Source: Candidatus Omnitrophota bacterium (lineage in GTDB: Bacteria > Omnitrophota > Gorgyraeia > Zapsychrales > Fredricksoniimonadaceae). From it: DNA of 64,000 nt. A program made the position numbers and the translations under genes. Below, one piece after another: positions 58,465 to 64,000 of the stretch (its first letter is position 1; each line of letters begins with the position of its first letter). The notes beneath the pieces are model-generated. The model saw only the letters and a list, made by a program, of their open reading frames with translations. It was not told the DNA's origin and ran no database searches. The stretch is from positions 39,955 through 103,954 of the forward strand of contig JAGWOI010000003.1 of the NCBI GenBank assembly GCA_028870995.1, written 5' to 3'.

Positions 58465-59652
58465 TTATGAAATGGCCATGATGAGAATGCTCTCATTGTG
58501 CAAATGGGTGCTCTTTATATCATTAATGCCCAGGGGACCGATCTCCCCGTAGGAACACATGCCTATCAGGGGGACGGTGTGGCCTATAACGTCCCGGATC
58601 ATTTGGGTCTCCCTGAAGGCGTCCCGCCCCAGCAATTTATGACGGGCCAGCGATTCGATGACCATGATCAGGTGGGGCGGCCTTTGTTCCAAGGAAGCCT
58701 TGACTGTCTGGGCCGCTTGCACGGCCGAATCAAGGCAGGAATCCACATTACTGATCATCAAATGCACCTGCGCGCCTTGAGGGATGCCTTCATGACATAC
58801 GATACTACCGTCCGTAAGGATGTCAATGGGGTTGCGCAACAAATATTGGCGCGGCTCTTCCAGGAGAATGCCCAAGGGATAGAGCGCCGCGTAAGAATTC
58901 AGCGGCGAGCTTTTCATGCCATCCGCTTCCGTCCCCAAGAAATGCCGGTAGATATCGACGGCGGGTTTATCGTCAATGCTGCGGATGATGTGGCCTTCCA
59001 CCTGGGTGATGGTGCGCGGTTTACCCAGCGGCTTAAAACCGTGCCTGCAGCCGACGCCGACCTTCAACGGCCCGCCCAGCATGAGGCCGACGGCCCCGTT
59101 ATATAGGATCTGGTCCTGGAAAAATTGAGAGATGTTTTTGTAGGCAAAGGCATCACTGGCAAGGGCGCCAATGATGGGAAAACCGGCGCCCACCGATTCC
59201 CGGGCGCCCCGGATGAATTGTGAGAAGTCCCGTTCGATACCTTGAGAAAATGTGATGAAAACCTCACGCTGGTGGAACTCATAGAGGTTTTGGGCCGCCC
59301 GGTAGGCGAGGTCGACGCCGGTCAAGTAGGTGTCCCGTTTATCGGCACTGGTGACGGCTGAAATTCCGCAGCTCATGTCCGTGGAATTAAGTCCCATCAT
59401 GACGATCCCGCGGTTGACCATGCCGTTGGCCAGGATGATGCCGCCGGTGGAACAGCCCACCAGGTGCTTCGGCCGCAGCGTGCGGGTGATGGTGGTTGGC
59501 ATATCGCCCGTGACACAGTCGGGGGAGGCGAAAACAACGACCAGATCGGTGTTCGTTGTGTTGAGCTGGTTTTTGAGCTGTACGCAGGCCTGCAGGACGG
59601 CTTTTTGCGGATCAGGATGCTGACTGAAGCCGATGCTGATACTGGTCGACAA
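58465..59652 (-). CDS. FIST-domain sensory protein
   Basis: 395 aa with the FIST_N pattern (…LVVVFASPD…GCSTGGII) and a FIST_C region. It is the first gene of a FIST-HK-REC/GGDEF operon. Confidence 0.7.
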   Translation of the reverse strand: MSTSISIGFSQHPDPQKAVLQACVQLKNQLNTTNTDLVVVFASPDCVTGDMPTTITRTLRPKHLVGCSTGGIILANGMVNRGIVMMGLNSTDMSCGISAVTSADKRDTYLTGVDLAYRAAQNLYEFHQREVFITFSQGIERDFSQFIRGARESVGAGFPIIGALASDAFAYKNISQFFQDQILYNGAVGLMLGGPLKVGVGCRHGFKPLGKPRTITQVEGHIIRSIDDKPAVDIYRHFLGTEADGMKSSPLNSYAALYPLGILLEEPRQYLLRNPIDILTDGSIVCHEGIPQGAQVHLMISNVDSCLDSAVQAAQTVKASLEQRPPHLIMVIESLARHKLLGRDAFRETQMIRDVIGHTVPLIGMCSYGEIGPLGINDIKSTHLHNESILIMAIS

Positions 59653-59842
59653 CTTGTGGCTCCTTTTGGGCTTTACGATGCTTTCTTCGATTATAAATTG
59701 AAGGGCAGGGGTGTCAACCTTAAATAATAAACCTGCTTTTAGAGATGTGCCGCTACCAAATATATATTTATTAGATAGGCGGCCAACGATATTTGTTGAC
59801 GGCTATCAAGCTTTGAGATATCCTTACATCTTCTTAGATATC

Positions 59843-59920
59843 GGCCCCATCGTCTAGCCTGGTCCAGGACGTCTGCTTCTCAGGCAGAAAACACCGGTTC
59901 AAATCCGGTTGGGGCTACCA
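59843..59920 (+). tRNA. tRNA-Glu (anticodon CUC)
   Basis: Hand-folded. Acceptor GGCCCCA/TGGGGCT (G·U at 1-72), D-arm GTCT…AGGAC, anticodon stem TCTGC/GCAGA with loop TTCTCAG, T-arm ACCGG-TTCAAAT-CCGGT, discriminator A and CCA. Confidence 0.8.
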
Positions 59921-59929
59921 AAAATATAA

Positions 59930-59959
59930 GGGACACGTTTGCGTGTCCCTTTTTATTTT
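59930..59959 (+). terminator. rho-independent terminator after tRNA-Glu
   Basis: GGGACACG-uuug-CGUGUCCC followed by UUUUUAUUUUU. Confidence 0.6.
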
Positions 59960-60029
59960 TGAGGCTTCCTTCCTTAAAATAGAATAGCCGGCAAGCCGGC
60001 GCTTTTGATGATCCGCCTTTCTTCTTCGA

Positions 60030-60120
60030 TTTTTAATTCTTTTTTAATCTCTTCTTTAGGAAACTTCAGTTAAAAAGGAACTAACCGGGCGAAATAGAGG
60101 TATAGGCAGTGTTGGAAAGG
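60030..60120 (+). repeat. conserved ~90-bp intergenic element, copy A
   Basis: tttttaattcttttttaatctcttctttaggaaacttcagttaaaaaggaactaaccgggcgaaatagaggtataggcagtgttggaaagg. It is about 80% identical to copy B at 63376-63470. Confidence 0.45.
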
Positions 60121-60134
60121 GATAAACATTTAAG

Positions 60135-60203
60135 TTGCATTATTGACCTTCAAGGGCTTTTGGTCATGGATTTCACGGCTGAAGTGCTTGCTGCCTTTCT
60201 AAG
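60135..60203 (+). pseudogene. decayed 5' fragment homologous to the start of the CDS at 63818
   Basis: gaccttcaagggcttttggtcatggatttcacggctgaag… translates in one frame to LQGLLVMDFTAEVLAAFLSPPE. Compare PDLQGLLVSDFTADPLAAFLNLPE at 63827-63895. DNA identity is about 70% over 69 nt. There is no start codon, and the fragment ends at the RBS of the 60228 gene. Confidence 0.4.
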
Positions 60204-60227
60204 CCCTCCTGAGAGGAGGATTAGGCA

Positions 60228-63200
60228 ATGTTAAAACTTCTATTTTTCCTAGTGATGTCATTTGGTGTAAGTTCGGCAGCTTTTGCCACGAATTATTATA
60301 TCGATTGCCAAGGGAATGATTCCAACAACGGTTTAAGTGCTACGACCGCTTGGGCTAGTTTCAAGCCGACGGAATCGACTAATTTTTTGAAACCTGGCGA
60401 TGTGGTCAACGTTAAGGCAGGCTGCACTTTCACCGGAAGCGCTTCGGAGGCTTTCATTTATTCTGCCGGGACCGCCGCCAATCCTATTACGATCCAACCC
60501 TATGGGACGGGTGCCAATCCGGTATTTGACGCCACCGTCGATCCTTCCACGGTGCCGGGCTGGTCGGGCTGGACCGTATCCGATTCGACCAATGGCGTTT
60601 ATGTTTCCAATGTGCCTGTGCCGTGGTCGGTAAATTCCATCATCGTAGACGGAACGTATAGTTTAAGGAAATTAGATAGCTATCAATGTTCGCAGGGGGT
60701 CATAAGCAAGGAGCCCTACAGTGAATGCCAAAATGGCGCCGGCTCGCAGATTTATATTCATTTGGCCCAGGAGGCGAATCCATCAGGGCATAAGATAGCC
60801 TTCAGTAAATACGGCAATGGCGATGGGGATGGGCATACCCGCGGTCAATTCGGCGTGCACGACTCCACGGAACAATATGTTAACATCAACAATATCAGCA
60901 TTGTCGGATCGAATTCCCAGGGCTTCTCTTCCGGCGCGCCCTATGTTAATTTTAACGGTGTCAGCAGCTTGGGAGCGGCACGGGAAGGGATCTACATTAT
61001 ATCCCATGCCGTTCAGAATGGCACAGGGGCCGCCTATAATACGATCAACCAATCCACTTTTTCATGGTCTAACTCCAATTTCGGACAGCAGGTGACCATA
61101 GAGTCGCCCCATGTGGATCTGGTCGATGTGATCTCTAAGAATGGCTGGATGGCCGGCATCGATTGGCTGGATTATACCTCGGATACGAACGCCTCTTTTG
61201 GCCGGTGTATCCGTTGCATAGCGCATGACAATGGCCAGAGAAGCTGGTCTTCGGATTATAACGGCTATGATCCCGTGGGTATTTATGTTGACGGGGGGCA
61301 TGACATTCAAATCATCGATTCAGTAGTTTACCAGAGCCCCTTGCCGGCGGGCATCACCAGCCAGAACGCGATTTATGGGATCGCCTTCCAAACGGAACAT
61401 CCCAGCATAAAACCTGAATCCAATAACTTTATCATCAATAGTTTGGTTTACGGCATCAATTACCAGGATGTGCTTTTGTCAGGGGCCATTAATTGCACCG
61501 GGACCGCGTGTAATGTCAATGACAACATGGGCATGATAGGCACGACCCTCATCCGGGGAGGCTATCAGTTAATGTCCATGAATTCGCTCATACCCAATAA
61601 AAGTCTGAAAGGCGTATTTTTATACAACAACGTTTATTATAACGGCAGCAACACTGTCGGGGCAGAGCCGCTTATTAACTCTTATAATGTAACTTCCGAT
61701 TACAATGTTTATTATACCTCTCCTTCGGGGCAGTACATTTGGGATCCCAGCATAACCCTGTCGGCATGGCAAGGGGCCTCGGGCCAGGATGCCCATTCGC
61801 AATATGCCAATCCCTTATTTGCTGGATCAGGGATCACCGGCGAAATCGACCAATCCTATCATTTATCATCGGTCGCAGCCGGCCAGAATGCCAATTCGCC
61901 CGCTATAGGCGCAGCCACCCATGCACAACCGGGAAGCGCTTATGTTTATTCAAGTATTGGGACGGTACGCACGGATAACGTGGTAGACAGTTCCTCCACA
62001 CCGGCGGCGGGGTATCACTATTTGGCCAAATATTCACTTCCAACGACTGGGACCGGCGGCGGAACGCCTCCCAGCGGCGGCACCACCCCTCCCACTCCCA
62101 CTGTCTATAGTTTAACCATCTCAACTTCCGGCAGCGGTTTTGGGATGATCTTTGATGCGACCAATCTCATCAACTGCGGCGTAAACCCCGGTGCGACACA
62201 ATGCAGCGCATCCATTAACGGCGGCACTGCTGTCAGTTTAACGGCAACACCGGCGAGCGGATCGTCTTTTAACGGCTGGACCATTACAGGCTCTCAGGCA
62301 GGGACCTGCACATCAACGACCAGCCCGTGCACATTGACGGTCACCGGAAATACTACGGTAACCGCTAATTTTGGGCCAACGACGACTACGAACACGGGGC
62401 TTTCCATAACCACACAACCGGCAAACCAAACCGTGACTGTGGGGCAGACAGCGGCCTTCAGCGTAGTTGCGTCCGGGGCCCAACCCTTGTACTACCAATG
62501 GCAAAAGGACGGGGTCAACATTACAGGGGCCAACAGCTCAACGTACACAACGCCTCCCACTACAGCAGCTGATGACTGGCGCACGTTTAAAGTTGTCATC
62601 AATAATGGTACGGGTGTTCTCATCAGCAACATGGCCACGTTAAGGGTCAATGCCGCCGCTGCCACGACTCCCCCAACCGGGGGTACGACTCCTCCCACCG
62701 GAGGCACTACAGGCGGCACAGGAGCGCCTTCCATCACCACACAACCGGCAGACCAAACCGTCGCTGTGGGACAAGCAGCGACCTTCAGCGTAGCTGCGTC
62801 CGGGGCCCAACCCTTGTACTACCAATGGCAAAAGGACGGGGTCAACATTACAGGAGCCAACAGTCCGACGTATACAACGGCACCCACCACAACCGCTGAT
62901 GACTGGCGCACGTTTAAAGTCGTCGTCAATAACAGCGCGGGTGTTGCCATCAGCAACCTGGCCACGTTAAGGGTCAATGCAGCTGCTGCCACTGGGGGCA
63001 CTACAGGCGGCACAGGAGCGCCCTCCATAACCACACAACCGGCGAACAAAACAGTGACGGCAGGGCAAACGGCGACCTTCAGCGTAGTGGCCACCGGCGG
63101 CCAACCCTTGTACTACCAATGGCAAAAGGACGGTGTCAATATTGCAGGGGCCAACAGCCCGACGTACACAACGCCGCCCACCACAACGGCGGATAATTGG

Positions 63201-63281
63201 CGCACATTCAAAGTTGTCGTCAGTAATACCAAGGGCGTCGCCATTAGCAATATGGTTGTATTGATGGTCAATCAAGGGTAA
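60228..63281 (+). CDS. secreted right-handed beta-helix (pectate-lyase-like) protein with three C-terminal Ig-like (I-set type) repeats
   Basis: Signal peptide MLKLLFFLVMSFGVSSAAFA. Then NYYIDCQGNDSNNGLSATTAWASFKPT…PGDVVNVKAGCTF, the typical start of parallel beta-helix proteins. G/T/P-rich linkers follow, then three ~85-aa repeats (ITTQPANQTVTVGQTAAFSVVASGAQPLYYQWQKDGVNITGANS.TYTT.PTT.AD.WRTFKVV…LRVN). RBS GAGGAGGA. Confidence 0.75.
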   Translation: MLKLLFFLVMSFGVSSAAFATNYYIDCQGNDSNNGLSATTAWASFKPTESTNFLKPGDVVNVKAGCTFTGSASEAFIYSAGTAANPITIQPYGTGANPVFDATVDPSTVPGWSGWTVSDSTNGVYVSNVPVPWSVNSIIVDGTYSLRKLDSYQCSQGVISKEPYSECQNGAGSQIYIHLAQEANPSGHKIAFSKYGNGDGDGHTRGQFGVHDSTEQYVNINNISIVGSNSQGFSSGAPYVNFNGVSSLGAAREGIYIISHAVQNGTGAAYNTINQSTFSWSNSNFGQQVTIESPHVDLVDVISKNGWMAGIDWLDYTSDTNASFGRCIRCIAHDNGQRSWSSDYNGYDPVGIYVDGGHDIQIIDSVVYQSPLPAGITSQNAIYGIAFQTEHPSIKPESNNFIINSLVYGINYQDVLLSGAINCTGTACNVNDNMGMIGTTLIRGGYQLMSMNSLIPNKSLKGVFLYNNVYYNGSNTVGAEPLINSYNVTSDYNVYYTSPSGQYIWDPSITLSAWQGASGQDAHSQYANPLFAGSGITGEIDQSYHLSSVAAGQNANSPAIGAATHAQPGSAYVYSSIGTVRTDNVVDSSSTPAAGYHYLAKYSLPTTGTGGGTPPSGGTTPPTPTVYSLTISTSGSGFGMIFDATNLINCGVNPGATQCSASINGGTAVSLTATPASGSSFNGWTITGSQAGTCTSTTSPCTLTVTGNTTVTANFGPTTTTNTGLSITTQPANQTVTVGQTAAFSVVASGAQPLYYQWQKDGVNITGANSSTYTTPPTTAADDWRTFKVVINNGTGVLISNMATLRVNAAAATTPPTGGTTPPTGGTTGGTGAPSITTQPADQTVAVGQAATFSVAASGAQPLYYQWQKDGVNITGANSPTYTTAPTTTADDWRTFKVVVNNSAGVAISNLATLRVNAAAATGGTTGGTGAPSITTQPANKTVTAGQTATFSVVATGGQPLYYQWQKDGVNIAGANSPTYTTPPTTTADNWRTFKVVVSNTKGVAISNMVVLMVNQG
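62400..63281 (+). repeat. three tandem near-identical ~300-bp coding repeats (Ig-like modules)
   Basis: For example 62461 agcgtagttgcgtccggggcccaacccttgtactaccaatggcaaaaggacggggtcaacattacagg, 62779 agcgtagctgcgtccggggcccaacccttgtactaccaatggcaaaaggacggggtcaacattacagg, 63079 agcgtagtggccaccggcggccaacccttgtactaccaatggcaaaaggacggtgtcaatattgcagg. The minus-strand ORFs 62313-63275 are shadows of the repeats. Confidence 0.75.
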
Positions 63282-63318
63282 CGCTATGGCTCAATCTATT
63301 TTAATTGGTTTTGGAGGT

Positions 63319-63345
63319 GAAGAGGAGACACCCTGTCTCCTCTTC
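63319..63345 (+). terminator. terminator-like hairpin after the Ig-repeat gene
   Basis: GAAGAGGAGACA-ccc-TGTCTCCTCTTC, an 11-12 bp stem. The U-tract is weak (followed by aaattg). Confidence 0.4.
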
Positions 63346-63375
63346 AAATTGCCGTTAACAAAACTCTAATCCTTA

Positions 63376-63470
63376 ATTTTTAATGCTTTTTTAATCTTTT
63401 CTTCATGAATTTTCCATTAAAAAGGGAGTAACCGGGCGAAATAAAGGTGTGCAGGTTGGAAACCAGGAAA
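63376..63470 (+). repeat. conserved ~90-bp intergenic element, copy B
   Basis: tttttaatgcttttttaatcttttcttcatgaattttccattaaaaagggagtaaccgggcgaaataaaggtgtgcaggttggaaacc. Confidence 0.45.
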
Positions 63471-63507
63471 GAGCCACTTTAAGTTATTTTTTTAGGAGGA
63501 TTCTGTC

Positions 63508-63828
63508 ATGAGTTTATCCGAAGATGTGACTAAAGAGGTGTTTGCGGCCATCGATGAATTCAACTTGAGTGAACCGCAACAATGGCACATCGAAAAGGAT
63601 TTAAGCGCCGTCCTGCTTGGTGATAATGGGACGCTGGATTCCCTGGGATTTGTCATGCTCATTGTTGCCCTGGAGCGCAGGCTTGAAGAAAAGCTTGGGC
63701 AAAACGTATCTTTGACGGATGAGAAGGCCATATCCCAACAGGACAAGGTCTTCAGGACAGTGGGAGACCTGATCGCTTACATTTGCACATTGATCGACAA
63801 TGAAAGGACCTGCGAATATGCCGCCTGA
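63508..63828 (+). CDS. acyl-carrier-protein-like small protein
   Basis: 106 aa. DSLGFVMLIVALERRLEEKLG resembles the ACP phosphopantetheine-attachment region (DSL + helix II). RBS AGGAGGA. Confidence 0.5.
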   Translation: MSLSEDVTKEVFAAIDEFNLSEPQQWHIEKDLSAVLLGDNGTLDSLGFVMLIVALERRLEEKLGQNVSLTDEKAISQQDKVFRTVGDLIAYICTLIDNERTCEYAA

Positions 63829-64000
63829 CCTTCAAGGACTTTTGGTTTCCGATTTTACCGCTGATCCGCTGGCCGCGTTTTTGAACCTTCCTGAGTGGCC
63901 GTCCTGCCGGATGCAGACGCTTCGTTTCGGTGAGCCCTGCGTTCACGAAACACCGGTTGATTTTTCGGTCATCTGGACACAGGCCGCCGGCACCATGCCC
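63818..64000 (+). CDS. unknown protein, partial (N-terminus only; continues beyond the window)
   Basis: ATG at 63818 overlapping the ACP-like stop. MPPDLQGLLVSDFTADPLAAFLNLPEWPSCRMQTLRFGEPCVHETPVDFSVIWTQAAGTMP. It is homologous to the fragment at 60135-60203. Confidence 0.4.
   Translation, partial: MPPDLQGLLVSDFTADPLAAFLNLPEWPSCRMQTLRFGEPCVHETPVDFSVIWTQAAGTMP

Noticed and set aside
60030-60120. Element assigned to a known riboswitch class (c-di-GMP-I/II, ZTP, guanidine) or a sigma54/ECF promoter
   Set aside because: I could not reproduce any of those consensus cores from memory. An ECF-like GGAAC in copy A is GGAGT in copy B. I left it as an unclassified conserved element.
62313-63275. Minus-strand ORFs 62313-62504, 62492-62740, 62640-62831, 62819-63094 and 62967-63275
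   Set aside because: They are periodic antisense shadows of the three tandem Ig-like coding repeats.

Overview
This 64 kb window is a gene-dense, mostly plus-strand bacterial chromosome segment at roughly 55% GC. No CRISPR array, transposase, integrase or rRNA was found. It has five parts.

(1) The 3' end of a nuo operon (nuoJ-nuoK-nuoL, minus strand).

(2) A nitrogen-assimilation island. A GAF-GAF-ANTAR RNA-binding regulator is followed by amtB, a P-II gene (glnK), a type-III glutamine synthetase, a class-I glutamine amidotransferase, nadE and gltBD. The amtB and glnA leaders each carry an intrinsic terminator overlapped by a hexaloop hairpin (AUUGGA / AUUGGC). This is the architecture expected for ANTAR antitermination. 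A polyprenyl-phosphate-sugar type glycosylation cluster (2 GT2, 2 ArnT/PMT-like GT-C, a TPR protein) sits between nadE and gltB.

(3) A 15.1 kb single ORF encoding a 5,039-aa protein with no family I can recognise. It has a signal peptide, a second internal signal-peptide-like segment, about 3,000 aa of extracytoplasmic sequence including an A2M/TED-like alpha-alpha-toroid repeat that lacks the thioester motif, a ComEA-like helix-hairpin-helix motif, and about 2,000 aa of polytopic membrane region. It is flanked by a TPR lipoprotein, a small 2-TM protein and a Q-rich secreted protein.

(4) Housekeeping genes: glpK, glpD, an rlmI-like gene, a pseudouridine synthase, ridA, gpx, carAB, purF, pyrG, rpe, tRNA-Leu(GAG) and tRNA-Glu(CUC).

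(5) A surface/signalling region. It holds a 587-aa protein with about 12% cysteine, a Flp/TadE-type prepilin N-terminus and internal Cys-motif repeats. It converges, with a 4-bp gap, on a FIST / GAF-histidine-kinase / REC-GGDEF operon. Next comes a secreted beta-helix protein with three near-identical tandem Ig-like repeats. That gene is flanked by two copies of a ~90-bp conserved element and by a decayed 5' fragment of a downstream gene, which points to a local duplication or insertion.

All calls rest on reading the ORF translations and the DNA by eye. No database searches were run.
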